A stretch of DNA of 64,000 bases from an uncultured Chloroflexia bacterium (GCA_963700285.1 CAVOXA010000014.1:1-64000), one strand, 5' to 3'. Shown: positions 39,825 to 50,872, counted from the first letter of the stretch. Notes: generated from the sequence alone by a model not told the origin. Made by a program: numbers and translations.

Positions 39825-40243
39825 CTTGCGGCCCAGATAGCGCGTTGAAACGCGCACTACCAACGGGACCTGACCTGGCTCAAGCCGGTCCGTAGTCGGC
39901 GCTTTTGTACCGTTACGAATTAACCAAGCATTACTCAGAGGCGAGAACCGTTCGTAGTAGGCGCTTCAGCGCCGTTCTGGATAGTAACTTGACTTGCGGC
40001 CCAGATAGCGCGTTGAAACGCGCACTACCAACGGGACCTGACCTGGCTCAAGCCGGTCTGTAGTCGGCGCTTTTGTACCGTTACGAATTAACCAAGCATT
40101 ACTCAGAGGCGAGAACCGTTCGTAGTAGGCGCTTCAGCGCCGTTCTGGATAGTAACTTGACTTGCGGCCCAGATAGCGCGTTGAAACGCGCACTACCAAC
40201 GGGACCTGACCTGGCTCAAGCCGGTCTGTAGTCGGCGCTTTTG
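39764..40243. repeat. Tandem array of about 2.9 x 168-bp units built from GTAG-type REP palindromes
   Basis: Units start at 39764, 39932 and 40100 and are nearly identical. Each has GTAGTAGGCGCTTCAGCGCC, an inverted GTAGTGCGCGTTTCAACGCGC and a degenerate GTAGTCGGCGCTTTTG. Confidence 0.9.
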
Positions 40244-40291
40244 CAGCGCTTTGGTTGAGAATCACACAATCATGTCAAGGGAGGCAGTTCA

Positions 40292-41489
40292 ATGGCAGTT
40301 CGCTATGTGGTTCTGGGAGCCGGACGGCAGGGAGTGGCCGCCGCTTACGATATGGTACGCCACGGCGATGCTGTGTCCGTGGTACTGGCCGACCTGGATC
40401 TCGCCCTGGCCCAGGCCGGCGCGCAGAAGGTCAACGAATTGCTTGGCACTGCCGTCGTCAGCGCCCGAATGGTGAATGCAGCCGACGAGACAGCATTGGC
40501 GGCTCTGCTGGCCGGCGCCGACTCGGCCCTGAGCACTGTCCCCCCCTACCTCAACGTCGGCGCCAGCCGGGCAGCCATCGCTGCCCGCACCCACCTCTGC
40601 GACCTGGGCGGCGAGATCGAGTACGTGCTGGCAACAGCTCGCCCTGGAAGACGAGGCCCGCGAAGCGGGTGTCTCTATCATCCCGGACTGTGGGTTGCTG
40701 CCGGGAATGGGCAACACCCTGGCGGTCCATGCCATGGATCAGATGGACCAGCCCCGCGAGGTACGGATCTGGGTCGGCGGCTTGCCCCAGGACCCCCAGC
40801 CGCCCTTCAACTATGGCCTCTATTTCCCCGTAGAAGGGCTGACCATGGAATACGACGGGACGGCCACCGTGCTGCGCGAAGGCAGGCGAACCGAGCTGCC
40901 GCCCTTTGCCGAGGTGGAGGCCGTCCAGTTCCCCCAGCCATTGGGTCGTTGCGAGGCATTCATCACTACCGCCGGCGCCTCGACCTGTCCCTGGACCTAC
41001 GAAGGCCGGCTGGAAGTCTTTCAGGAAAAGACGGTACGCTACCCCGGTCACGCGGCCATGTTTGGCGCCTTCCGTGAGCTGGGCCTGTTCAGCCCGGAGC
41101 CGGTGGAGGTCAAGGGCCAAGCCGTCGTTCCCCAGGACCTGTACCACACCCTGCTGGAGCCCAGGCTGCGGGCCGCCGGCAACCGGGACGTGGTCGTCCT
41201 GCGCGTCTCCTGCCGGGGAATGGACCAGGGCTGGGAAACCGAGGTGGTCCTCGAGTTGATGGACCTTTTCGACGAGGCAACCGGCTTCACCGCCATGGAA
41301 CGCACCACCGCCTTCCCTGCGGCCGTCGTCGCCCAACTGATGGCCCGGGGCGAGACGCCCAGGGGCGCCATCCGACTCGAACTGGCGGTACCGCCCCTGC
41401 CCTTCCTGGCCCAGGCAAGGCGCCGCGGGTTCGTCTTTTTGGAGGATGTCCAGAGAGCCGAACAGATGGAGAAGGAAGGTCATGCCTGA
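40292..41489 (+). CDS. Saccharopine dehydrogenase / lysine 6-dehydrogenase family (frameshift near 40635)
   Basis: LGAGRQG, CDLGG, then PDCGLLPG, VGGLPQ, KTVRYPGH, TAMERTT. Confidence 0.85.
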
Positions 41490-42291
41490 ACTTCCAGAGA
41501 TCGCCGTTTTCGCGCGCGACATGCAGCAGGAGCTTGCCGGCAGAACCTTCAGCGGCGTTGAGGTCCTGCAGCCCAAATGTCTCAATGTGCCGGTCGAGGA
41601 ATTTCAGGCAGCGCTAACCGGCGCCCGGATCCGCAGTGTAACGCCCCACGGCAAGTGGCTGCAGGTCGAGACCACCACAGGCTGGCTTCTGCTCGGCCTG
41701 GGCATGGGCGGTGAGATCCTGTTGACCAACCGGGGTTGCCTGCCAGAGAAGTACCGTCTCATCCTGGATTTCGACGATGGGGACTGCCTGGCCATCAACT
41801 TCTGGTGGTTCGGCTACGCGCATTATGTCGAGAACCTGGCCGACCACCCCATGGTATCCTCGCTCGGGCCAGATTTCATGACCCTGTCGCTGGACGACTT
41901 TCGCCTGCTGCTGCGGGGTCGCCGCGGCGGCATCAAGGCCTTCCTGCTCGACCAGAAGCGCGTGGCCGGCATCGGCAACGTCTACGGCCAGGACCCGCTC
42001 TTCAAGGCAGGTATCCACCCCCTCAGGACGATCAACACCCTGGCCAGCGACGAGATCGACGCTCTGTGGCAAGCGATCCGGGAGACGTTGCAGGAGAGCA
42101 TCGACCTGGGTGGCACCGCCTGGGAGCAGAACCTGTACGGCAGCAAGGGCCGCTGGGACCGCAGCTTCTTCCTGGTCGCCTACCGGGAGGGCGAGCCCTG
42201 TCCCACCTGCGGCAGGGCGGTGGAAAAGATCAAGACCGGCAGCACCAGCAGCCATGTCTGCCCCAACTGCCAGCGATTGGAGACATTGTGA
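41482..42291 (+). CDS. Fpg/Nei-family DNA glycosylase
   Basis: N-terminal PELPE, GKW, LLDQ..VAGIGNVY, C-terminal CPTC...CPNCQ zinc finger. Confidence 0.9.
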   Translation: MPELPEIAVFARDMQQELAGRTFSGVEVLQPKCLNVPVEEFQAALTGARIRSVTPHGKWLQVETTTGWLLLGLGMGGEILLTNRGCLPEKYRLILDFDDGDCLAINFWWFGYAHYVENLADHPMVSSLGPDFMTLSLDDFRLLLRGRRGGIKAFLLDQKRVAGIGNVYGQDPLFKAGIHPLRTINTLASDEIDALWQAIRETLQESIDLGGTAWEQNLYGSKGRWDRSFFLVAYREGEPCPTCGRAVEKIKTGSTSSHVCPNCQRLETL

Positions 42292-42320
42292 CAGGTTTCG
42301 CTGGCGATCCACAGGATGGT

Positions 42321-42349
42321 TTGACACAGTACTGTACCTAAGATAGAAT
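42321..42349 (+). promoter_or_regulatory. Sigma70-type promoter upstream of the SDR/MFS genes
   Basis: TTGACA-N17-TAGAAT, with the palindrome ACAGTACTGT overlapping the -35 element and spacer. Confidence 0.6.
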
Positions 42350-42419
42350 ACTGCAATTCAGTACAGAGACAAGAAACCAGCGGACAGGGATCTTGCCCTG
42401 ACCGGGAGAAGAAGAAACT

Positions 42420-43178
42420 ATGAGACTAGCAGGCAAAGTTGCCATCATCACGGGAGGGACCTCCGGCATCGGTCGCGCCACAGCCCTTCTTTTCGCCCAG
42501 GAGGGCGCCAGGGCCGCCATCACCGGACGCAGTGACGCCCGTGGCCAGGAAGTGGTAGCAGAGATCCAGCAATCCGGCGGCTCGGCCATCTTTCTTCGCT
42601 CCGATGTGCGCCACGCAGAGGAATGCCAGAGAGCGGTGGAAGAAACGTTTGACTCGTATGGCCGGCTGGACATACTGGTCAACAATGCAGGCGTCTTTTT
42701 CGCAAACACGCTGCTGGACTGCACCGAAGAGGAATGGGATCTGACGGTGGACATCTCTCTGAAGGGTACGTTCCTCATGTCAAAGTACTCCCTTCCGACC
42801 ATGATCACCCAGGGCAGCGGAGTGATTATCAACATCTCGTCTGGCTGGGGCCTCGAAGGGGGTGACGCGGCAGCAGCCTACTGTGCCGCCAAAGGAGGGG
42901 TCGTGCTGCTGACCAAGGCCATGGCCATTGACCACAGCCGCCAGGGCATCCGCGTCAACTGTATCTGCCCCGGCGACGTGGAGACGCCCATGCTCGTCGA
43001 CGATGCTGACCGGCGGGGGATGACCTGGGAAGCATATCTGGAAGCCGCCGCCGACCGGCCCATGGGCCGCATCGGCCAACCTGACGAGATCGCCCGAGCG
43101 GCCCTGTTCCTCGCCAGCGACGATTCGTCGTTCATGACCGGCGCCATCGTAGCGGTAGATGGCGGCGGTACGGCCTGA
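42420..43178 (+). CDS. Short-chain dehydrogenase/reductase
   Basis: ITGGTSGIG, VNNAG, YCAAK, VNCICPG. Confidence 0.9.
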   Translation: MRLAGKVAIITGGTSGIGRATALLFAQEGARAAITGRSDARGQEVVAEIQQSGGSAIFLRSDVRHAEECQRAVEETFDSYGRLDILVNNAGVFFANTLLDCTEEEWDLTVDISLKGTFLMSKYSLPTMITQGSGVIINISSGWGLEGGDAAAAYCAAKGGVVLLTKAMAIDHSRQGIRVNCICPGDVETPMLVDDADRRGMTWEAYLEAAADRPMGRIGQPDEIARAALFLASDDSSFMTGAIVAVDGGGTA

Positions 43179-43219
43179 CCGGCCTCCCGGCCCACCGCGC
43201 CCACGAATAGGAGAACTCA

Positions 43220-44413
43220 ATGACGCTATCTCGCAATCTCCGGCTATGGCTCTTTGGCGGATTGTACTTCACCCAAGGGGTGACCCTCAGTTTCATCTTG
43301 ACCTTCAACATCCTCTACCTGGGCGAGTTTGGCTACGGCCCTGGCCAGGTCGGCCTCCTCCAGGGACTGCTGCTCGTGCCCTTCATATTAAAGATCTTTC
43401 TCGGTATCCTGAGCGATAGCGTGAACCTATTTGGCCTCGGCCACCGCAAACCCTACATCCTCATCGGGTTGCTGGGGCAAACGGCCCTCATCTACCTGGT
43501 ACCCAGCATCTCAGTAGCGGACGGATTGGGGCTCTACAGCCTTGTGCTGCTGCTCGCGGCCACATGTATGGCTCTCTACGACACCTGTACCGATGGTCTG
43601 GCCCTGGACACCACGCCAGAGGAGGAACGAGGACTGGTACAGGGGGTGATGACCGCCGCGCGAGCGGCGGGGATTTTGGTCGTGCTGCTGGTTGGCGGCT
43701 GGATCGTCGCCAACCTGGGTTGGTCGTGGTATTTCTATATCCTGGCCCTTCTGCTCCTATTGCCGGTGCCCCTGGTCCTGCTGGTCCGGGAAGACCCAAC
43801 CCAAACACAACGGCGAAAGTTCCAGTGGTCGGCTTTCAAGACCCTGGGGCAGCGCACCGTCTTGCTGGTGGCCGCGCTGGGCATCCTCTACGCCTTTACC
43901 CTGGACGGCGTGCTCACTTTTTTGAGCGACTATCTGCGGCAGACATTGCAGATCTCCATCGGAAACGTCGGCATGCTGGTGGCCCTCTCCATGGTGGGCC
44001 GCATCGTGGGAGCGGTCTCCAATACCTGGGTCACCGACAGAATCGGGCACCGCCAGAGCCTGTTCGTGGCCATTGCCCTGGCCTCGCTGGCTTGTGCCGG
44101 CCTGGCCCTGGGGGGCAGCGCGGGCCTGGTGGCCCTGTTCGGCTTCCTCTTTGGCGTGGCCTATGGCTACTATGCGTCGGTCTATGGCGTCGTTGCCATG
44201 GATTTCAGCGACCCCCACATCTCGGCGTCCATGTTTGCCATTTTCATGATGTTTGTCAATATCGGCACAGCCGGCGGGCAATCTGTGGGAGGCATGCTTA
44301 CCGAGCGGCTGGGCTTCAGCGGGATGGTGCTGGTCATGGGCGCCATCAACCTGATCAACATACCCATCGTCATCGGCATTTTCCGCCGGACCCAGCGGCT
44401 GGAGGAGGCATAG
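43220..44413 (+). CDS. MFS transporter (AmpG-like)
   Basis: About 12 TM helices; LYFTQG, GHRKPY, YDTCTDGLA, DRIGHR. Confidence 0.8.
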   Translation: MTLSRNLRLWLFGGLYFTQGVTLSFILTFNILYLGEFGYGPGQVGLLQGLLLVPFILKIFLGILSDSVNLFGLGHRKPYILIGLLGQTALIYLVPSISVADGLGLYSLVLLLAATCMALYDTCTDGLALDTTPEEERGLVQGVMTAARAAGILVVLLVGGWIVANLGWSWYFYILALLLLLPVPLVLLVREDPTQTQRRKFQWSAFKTLGQRTVLLVAALGILYAFTLDGVLTFLSDYLRQTLQISIGNVGMLVALSMVGRIVGAVSNTWVTDRIGHRQSLFVAIALASLACAGLALGGSAGLVALFGFLFGVAYGYYASVYGVVAMDFSDPHISASMFAIFMMFVNIGTAGGQSVGGMLTERLGFSGMVLVMGAINLINIPIVIGIFRRTQRLEEA

Positions 44414-44452
44414 CCGCGCTCCCATCCAGCGGCCGGTGGGGTAGGAAGAAGC

Positions 44453-45016
44453 ATGAAAGCCATCTGCATTGTAGGCAGTCCCAACGAACAGGGCAGCACC
44501 GCCTTCCTGGTGCGTAGCGTCATAGACGGTATGCGCGCAGTCGGCATTGACGCCACGATGCACGTTCTGGGTACCATGAACATCGGCTATTGCGACGGAT
44601 GCCGTGTCTGTGAGACCAGCCGCAGGTGTGTTCTCCGGGATGATATGGATCTGCTGCTGGCCGGCATACTCGAATCTGACATTGTGCTCCTGGCCTCGCC
44701 GTCGTACTGGGGCGACGTGACGGGTCAGATGAAGGTCTTTATCGACAGGTCATTGCCTCTCTGCAACGCCGCTACCGGGGATACTCCGGTCCCGACAGGC
44801 AAGGTCGGTGTTGCGGTAGCCACGCGGGCTGGCAGCTCCCAGGGTGAAACACAACACATCGTGGACACCTTCGAACACTATTTCGGACATCTGGGCATCA
44901 GCCTGGTGGCCGTGCTGACCGCCGAAGGCGTTGGCCGCCTGGCCGACGTCGAGCATGACCAGGTCAAAATCCGCCAGGGTCGCGAGCTTGGCATGAGCTT
45001 TCGGCCATCCACTTGA
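44453..45016 (+). CDS. Iron-sulfur flavoprotein / flavodoxin family
   Basis: GSP..GST, CxxCxxCx5C, DDM, SPSYWG, QMKVFIDR. Confidence 0.85.
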   Translation: MKAICIVGSPNEQGSTAFLVRSVIDGMRAVGIDATMHVLGTMNIGYCDGCRVCETSRRCVLRDDMDLLLAGILESDIVLLASPSYWGDVTGQMKVFIDRSLPLCNAATGDTPVPTGKVGVAVATRAGSSQGETQHIVDTFEHYFGHLGISLVAVLTAEGVGRLADVEHDQVKIRQGRELGMSFRPST

Positions 45017-45185
45017 CAGACCTCCCTCCCATCGGGTAGAATGATAGTACCAGGCCTGGGCGGATCTGCCCAAGCAGGGCCGGTTGCGCCACGCAGGGAT
45101 ACCGGGGAGATGGCATGAACTTCGGTGTCATCTGGAGCCAGCCAGAGCCCAGCAGCAACTGCCGGAGGACCAACAAGGAGGAAGC

Positions 45186-46058
45186 ATGGGAAACAAAAAC
45201 TATGGAAGCCAGAGCATGATTGCCCCCCTGCGCAGGGTCCTGGTCAAGCGCCCCGAAGAGGTATTTGGTGCCGCGGATCCCAGCGAGTGGCACTATGCCA
45301 GCCGGCCCGACCTGGAGATAGCCCGCCGTGAACACGATGCCCTCGTGCAGATCCTGCGTGACGCCGGTGCCCAGGTGCTCTACCACGACGAGCCCCAGCC
45401 GGCCCAGGCGGATGCGATCTATGTCTTTGATCCGGCCATTGTCACCGACCGTGGCGCCATCGTCCTCAGCATGGGCAAGGACCTGCGGCGCGGCGAGGAG
45501 GCGCCCATGGCCCGCCGGCTGGAGGCATTGGGCGTGCCCGTGCTCTACACCCTCCACGGCGAGGCGCGGGCCGAGGGCGGGGATCTCCTGTGGGTGGATC
45601 ACGAGACGCTGGCCGTCGGCCTTGGTTTCCGCACCAACGCCCAGGCGCTGGGACAATTGCGCAAAGCCCTGGATGGGCTGGGCGTCACAGTCATTCCGGT
45701 CGACTTGCCCTACCATACCGGGCCAGAGGCTTGCCTGCACCTGTTGTCGCTTATCAGCATCGTTGACCACAATCTGGCCGTGGTCTATCCGCCCTTGCTG
45801 TCGGTGCCGTTCTGGCAGTTCCTCCAGGATCGCGGCTTCCGCGTGGTCGAGGTACCGGAGCAAGAGTTTGTGACAATGGCTCCCAACGTACTGGCCCTGG
45901 CGCCGGGACAGTGCCTGATGCTGGAGGGCAACCCCATCACCCAGGGCCGGCTGGAAGCGGCTGGCTGCACAGTACGCACCTATCGCGGCCAAGAGATCTC
46001 GCTAAAGGCCGAGGGCGGCGCGACCTGTCTCACCCGCCCCATTCTCCGGGAGGATTGA
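45186..46058 (+). CDS. Amidinotransferase / arginine deiminase / DDAH superfamily
   Basis: YVFDP, RRGEE, EGGD, RTN, LHL, GGATCLT catalytic Cys. Promoter-like TTGACA-N18-TAGAAT at 45013-45042. Confidence 0.85.
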   Translation: MGNKNYGSQSMIAPLRRVLVKRPEEVFGAADPSEWHYASRPDLEIARREHDALVQILRDAGAQVLYHDEPQPAQADAIYVFDPAIVTDRGAIVLSMGKDLRRGEEAPMARRLEALGVPVLYTLHGEARAEGGDLLWVDHETLAVGLGFRTNAQALGQLRKALDGLGVTVIPVDLPYHTGPEACLHLLSLISIVDHNLAVVYPPLLSVPFWQFLQDRGFRVVEVPEQEFVTMAPNVLALAPGQCLMLEGNPITQGRLEAAGCTVRTYRGQEISLKAEGGATCLTRPILRED

Positions 46059-46060
46059 GG

Positions 46061-47326
46061 ATGAATGCTACGGAACAGCGCGTGCTGGACGCAGTCGACG
46101 CAGACGGCCTGGTGGAGTCCCTCTGCGAGTTCATCGCCGTTCCCAGCCCCGGCGGTCAAGAGACCGAAGCCCAGGAATGGGTGGCAGCCCTGCTGGGGCG
46201 CTGGGGACTCGACGTCGACGTATGGGATCTGGATTTTCGTGAACTCCAGCAGCATCCGGCCTACAGTGCTGAGGTCGAGCGGGAGCAGGGGCTGGGCGTC
46301 GCGGGTGTGATGGGCCAGGATGACGGCGGTCGCAGCCTGATCTTGAACGGGCACGTGGACGTGGTGCCGCCCGGGGACGACGCCAACTGGCGCCATCCAC
46401 CGTGGCGCGGTACCCTGGATGAGGGCCGGATCTACGGGCGGGGCAGCGCAGACATGAAGGGCGGCTTGTGCTGCGCCCTCTTTGCCGCCAAGGCGGTGCG
46501 CGACGCCAGGGTCCGGCTCAAGGGCCGCCTGGTCATCGAGAGCGTCATCGGCGAAGAGGATGGCGGCGCCGGAGCTTTGGCCGCAGTGCTGCGAGGATAC
46601 CGGGCCGACGGCGCCGTGATTATGGAGCCGACACAACTAATGGTCGCCCCCGCCCAGGCCGGATCCCTGCACTTTCAGGTGACGATCCCCGGGCACTCGG
46701 CCCACGGCTGCATGCGCGAAGAGGGGATCAGTTCCATCGAAAAGTTCATTCCCGTGTACCAGGCCCTGATGGACCTGGAGCGGGAGCGGAACGAGGCGTC
46801 CGAGGACCCGCTCTTTGCGGCCTACGAGCTGCCCTACGCCCTCAGCGTGGGCTCCCTGCACGCGGGCAACTGGGCCGCGTCGGTTCCTGAGCAGCTTGTC
46901 TTTGAGGGACGCTACGGCATGCCCGTGGGCGAGAGCACAGCCGAGGCCCGGCGGCTCTTCGAACAGAGGGTACAGGCTGCCGCCCAGGCGGATCCATGGC
47001 TGGCCGAACACCCGCCCCAGGTCGAGTGGTGGGGCGGCCAGTTTCCGCCTGCCAGCATCCCCGTGGATCACCCCCTGGTGGGGACCATGGCCGCCGCTTG
47101 CAGCGACGTCACCGGCAGCGTTGCCCAGGTGCAGGGCATGACCTACGGCGCCGACATGCGCCTGTTGGTCAACGAGGGACAGACTTCGACCCTCATGTTC
47201 GGACCGGGGGACATACGTCGCGCGCACCGCCCCGATGAGTATGTACCCGTGGACGAACTGATCGCTTGCACCCAGACGCTTGCCCTGGGCATCCTGCGCT
47301 TCTGCGGCTACCGCGATGCGCCCTGA
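46061..47326 (+). CDS. ArgE/DapE-family M20 deacylase
   Basis: LNGHVDVV, GRGSADMKGG, GEEDG, GADM, AHRPDE. Confidence 0.9.
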   Translation: MNATEQRVLDAVDADGLVESLCEFIAVPSPGGQETEAQEWVAALLGRWGLDVDVWDLDFRELQQHPAYSAEVEREQGLGVAGVMGQDDGGRSLILNGHVDVVPPGDDANWRHPPWRGTLDEGRIYGRGSADMKGGLCCALFAAKAVRDARVRLKGRLVIESVIGEEDGGAGALAAVLRGYRADGAVIMEPTQLMVAPAQAGSLHFQVTIPGHSAHGCMREEGISSIEKFIPVYQALMDLERERNEASEDPLFAAYELPYALSVGSLHAGNWAASVPEQLVFEGRYGMPVGESTAEARRLFEQRVQAAAQADPWLAEHPPQVEWWGGQFPPASIPVDHPLVGTMAAACSDVTGSVAQVQGMTYGADMRLLVNEGQTSTLMFGPGDIRRAHRPDEYVPVDELIACTQTLALGILRFCGYRDAP

Positions 47327-47339
47327 GGGGAAAGAGCGC

Positions 47340-48686
47340 TTGGGCATCAAAGTAGCCATCATCGGCGGCGGTTCCAGCTACACGCCGGAGCTGATCAATG
47401 GGTTCCTGGACCGCGTCCAGGGCTTCCCGCTCACCGACCTATGGCTGATGGACACCTCTTCGCAGCGGATCGAGGTCGTGGGCGGTTTGGCCCAACGCAT
47501 GGTCGCGGCCAGAGGCAATCCCTTCCGCATCCATCTGTCAGCAGACCGGCGCGAGGCAGTGCGAGATGCGCGTTATGTCATCAACCAGCTCCGGGTGGGG
47601 GGGATGCAAGCACGCCGCGAGGACGAGTACCTGGGCCGGCGCCACGGCCTCATTGGACAGGAGACCACCGGGGTGGGGGGCATGGCCAAGGCATTGCGCA
47701 CCATCCCGGTCGCCCTGGACATCGCCCGGGACATGGCCGCCCTGGCCCCCGGGGCGATCTTGGTGAACTTCTCCAATCCAGCCGGGCTGATCACCGAGGC
47801 GCTGGCCCGGCATGCGCCAGACGTTCCCACCGTCGGGGTCTGCAATGCACCCTTCAATGCCAAGCTACAGATGTTGGACCTGTTGGCCGAGAGCGGGCGA
47901 GACGGGCTTCCGCTAGACCGGACTGAGCTTCTCACTCTGGGCCTCAACCACCTCTCCTGGCATCGAGGTCTGAAAGTCGGTGGCAGGGATCTTTGGCCCC
48001 AGGTCCTGAAGCAGTACCTGCAAGACCTGCGACAAAGCGCCGAACCGGAGTGGGAACCGGCTACCATCGAGTCCCTGGGCATGATCCCCAACTACTACCT
48101 GGAATACTACTATCAGACCGAGCGGAAGCTGGCTGCCCAGCGCGCTTGGCCGCCATCCCGGGCCGAGGAGGTCATGGTCATCGAACAGGAACTCCTGGAC
48201 GCCTATGCCGAACCCGGCCGCACGGAGCCACCAGAAGGGCTGATGCAGCGAGGCGGTGCCTGCTATTCTACGGTGGCCACCCAGCTCCTCAACGCCCACC
48301 ACAACAATCTGGGTGAAACCCACGTGCTCAATGTGCCCCACCGCGGCGCGGTCCCCGGCTGGCCGGACGACTGGGTGCTGGAGATGCCCTGCCGGGTTGG
48401 TCAGGATGGCATCCTGCCGATTCCGACCCAGCCCTTGCCCCCTGTCTGCTTTGGGCTACTGGCCCAGGTGAAAAGCTACGAGATCTTGACGGTGAAGGCG
48501 GCCGTGCGCGGCGACCGGTGCGCAGCCCATCAGGCGCTGCTGGCCCACCCCCTCGGCCCCTCTGCGGATCGGGTTCAGGCCGTCCTGGAAGACCTGCTGA
48601 AAACGCACAAGGCCCATTTGCCGCAGTTCTGGCAGAGCAGGCTGGCACAAGAGAGAAGCGATGGCGCGCTACTTTCTGGGGATTGA
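47340..48686 (+). CDS. Family 4 glycoside hydrolase (6-phospho-beta-glucosidase-like)
   Basis: [38 protein letters not shown]; TTG start. Confidence 0.9.
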   Translation: MGIKVAIIGGGSSYTPELINGFLDRVQGFPLTDLWLMDTSSQRIEVVGGLAQRMVAARGNPFRIHLSADRREAVRDARYVINQLRVGGMQARREDEYLGRRHGLIGQETTGVGGMAKALRTIPVALDIARDMAALAPGAILVNFSNPAGLITEALARHAPDVPTVGVCNAPFNAKLQMLDLLAESGRDGLPLDRTELLTLGLNHLSWHRGLKVGGRDLWPQVLKQYLQDLRQSAEPEWEPATIESLGMIPNYYLEYYYQTERKLAAQRAWPPSRAEEVMVIEQELLDAYAEPGRTEPPEGLMQRGGACYSTVATQLLNAHHNNLGETHVLNVPHRGAVPGWPDDWVLEMPCRVGQDGILPIPTQPLPPVCFGLLAQVKSYEILTVKAAVRGDRCAAHQALLAHPLGPSADRVQAVLEDLLKTHKAHLPQFWQSRLAQERSDGALLSGD

Positions 48687-49695
48687 CGTCGGAGCCACCA
48701 AAAGCCATGCGCTCATTGCCACGGAGGGCGGGCAAGCCGTGGGCTTTGGGCAGGGAGGTCCCGGCAACTATGAAGTCGTCGGCTGGCATGGGCTGCGCGA
48801 GACCCTGCACGATATCACCGGCCAGGCGCTACGCGCGGCCGGCCTCCGCAAGGCCCAGATCGCCGGCGCGGGCTATGGCATCGCCGGCTACGACTGGCCT
48901 GCCGAGCGGGAGCCCACGCTGCAGGCCATCCGGTCGCTGGGCTTCAAGACGCCGGCAGCGTTGGTCAACGACGCGGTCATCAGCCTGATGGCGGGTGCGC
49001 CAGCGGGCTGGGGTGTGGTCGTAATTGCCGGCACCAGCAACAACTGCCGCGGCCGCGACCGGCATGGGCGGGAGGGTCGGGTGACCGGCTGCGGACCTGT
49101 GTTCGGCGAATACGGGGGCGCTACCGAACTTGTAGCCAGGGCTGTTCAGGCGGTAGCTTTGGCCTGGACTCGACGGGGCCCCGACACGCGCTTGACCGAG
49201 GTCTTTTTGCGGTTGACCGCTGCCCCGACCGTGACCGATCTGCTGGAGGGGTTGATCCTGCAGCGCTATCGGATCTCGGACTCGGCGGCCCCCTTGGTCT
49301 TCCAGGTCGCGGCCGAGGGCGACCAGATCGCCCAGGAGACCGTCAGTTGGGCCGGGCGGGAGCTGGCCAGCCTGGCCATCGGCGTCATCCGCCAGCTCGG
49401 TTTTGAGCAGATCGATTTTGACCTGGTCCTGACCGGGAGCCTATTCAACTGCGGTCCCCTGCTCATCGAGCCCATGGCCAAAGAGATCCACGCTGTGGCT
49501 CCCGGGGCGCGACAGGTGCGCCTGACCGCGCCGCCCGTCGTCGGCGCGGTCCTGCTGGGCTTCGAACAGGTTGCAGCAACAAATCCCTGGGTGCGCACAG
49601 CCTTGATCGAATCCACCAACAAGCTGCTGGGCAGAACAACCTCTGTGGACGGCTCAGATTCTCCCCGCACCATCTCAGAGGACAGCCATAGTTGA
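48661..49695 (+). CDS. BadF/BadG-type ASKHA sugar kinase (GlcNAc kinase-like)
   Basis: [31 protein letters not shown]. Confidence 0.8.
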   Translation: MARYFLGIDVGATKSHALIATEGGQAVGFGQGGPGNYEVVGWHGLRETLHDITGQALRAAGLRKAQIAGAGYGIAGYDWPAEREPTLQAIRSLGFKTPAALVNDAVISLMAGAPAGWGVVVIAGTSNNCRGRDRHGREGRVTGCGPVFGEYGGATELVARAVQAVALAWTRRGPDTRLTEVFLRLTAAPTVTDLLEGLILQRYRISDSAAPLVFQVAAEGDQIAQETVSWAGRELASLAIGVIRQLGFEQIDFDLVLTGSLFNCGPLLIEPMAKEIHAVAPGARQVRLTAPPVVGAVLLGFEQVAATNPWVRTALIESTNKLLGRTTSVDGSDSPRTISEDSHS

Positions 49696-49757
49696 CGATC
49701 TGTGGGCACTACTGATAGAATAGTCAGACCAAGCCGGCTTTACCGGGAGGAAGCTTG

Positions 49758-50795
49758 ATGTCGTACCTACAAGACGAGATTCGCCAGCAGCCCCAGGTCA
49801 TGATGACCTTGCTGGACCAGGAACTGGAAAAAGCACGGGCCATCGCGGCCGAGTTGCAGGCGCATCGCCCACAATTCGTGATTATCGCCGCGCGTGGCAC
49901 ATCGGACAATGCCGCGCGCTACGGACAGTACCTGATGGGCGCTCACAACCGCCTTCCGGTGGGCCTGGCCACGCCGTCCCTGTTTTCCGTCTACGATGAG
50001 ACTCCAAGGCTGGAGGGGGGCCTGGTGATCGGCATCTCCCAGTCCGGCCAGTCCCCCGACATTGTTTCCGTGCTGAGCGAAGCGCGACAGCAGGGCGCGC
50101 CGACGCTGGCCATCACCAACGACCCCAGCTCGCCGCTGGCCCAGCAGGCCGACCATGTCATTTCGCTGCACGCCGGCCAGGAGCAGGCGGTGGCGGCAAC
50201 CAAAACCTACACCGCACAACTGGCCGCCCTGGCGCTGCTCTCCTGCGCGATGGATGGCCAGCCGGATCGTCTGGAGGCGCTGCGACGGGTGCCGTTGGCG
50301 GTGGAGCGGGTCCTGGGCGGCGAGGAGCGGATCGCTGACGCCGTGGAGCGCTATCGGTACATGGAATCCTGCGTCGTCCTGGGCCGCGGCTACAACTATG
50401 CGACCGCTTTTGAGATTGCCCTCAAACTCAAGGAACTCAACTATCTCGTCGCCGAGTCCTATTCCTCTGCCGATTTCATGCATGGCCCCATCGCCGTGGT
50501 GGGCAGTGGCTTCCCAGCCATGGTCGTCGCTCCCAGCGGCAAGATGTTTGATACCATGCGCGATTTCAGCCGCGAACTGGCGGCCCGCGGAGCGGAACTT
50601 CTCATCATCTCCGACCGGCAGGATCTTCTGGCAGAGGCAAAAACGCCCTTGTCCCTGCCGGCAGACCTTCCGGAATGGCTCTCGCCCCTGGTGGCCGTCG
50701 TCCCTGGCCAGCTCGTTGCCCTTCACCTGACATTGGTCAAGGGCAACGACCCTGACAAACCATTGGGGCTCGCCAAGGTAACGATCACGCATTGA
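49758..50795 (+). CDS. Double-SIS-domain protein (glucosamine-6-phosphate deaminase/isomerase-like)
   Basis: EIRQQP, ARGTSDNA, ISQSGQS, VAATKTY, ALKLKE, HGP, LAKVT; no glutaminase domain. Confidence 0.85.
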   Translation: MSYLQDEIRQQPQVMMTLLDQELEKARAIAAELQAHRPQFVIIAARGTSDNAARYGQYLMGAHNRLPVGLATPSLFSVYDETPRLEGGLVIGISQSGQSPDIVSVLSEARQQGAPTLAITNDPSSPLAQQADHVISLHAGQEQAVAATKTYTAQLAALALLSCAMDGQPDRLEALRRVPLAVERVLGGEERIADAVERYRYMESCVVLGRGYNYATAFEIALKLKELNYLVAESYSSADFMHGPIAVVGSGFPAMVVAPSGKMFDTMRDFSRELAARGAELLIISDRQDLLAEAKTPLSLPADLPEWLSPLVAVVPGQLVALHLTLVKGNDPDKPLGLAKVTITH

Positions 50796-50872
50796 TCAAC
50801 CGCGGCCTGGGCCCCGGAGAACTACTGGCACGATTACTCAGCACCATTGCCTGGAACGGGGGTGATAGTTAA

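Noticed and set aside
39764-40243. Possible CRISPR array
   Set aside because: The intervening sequences are identical between units, the period is 168 bp and there are no cas genes.
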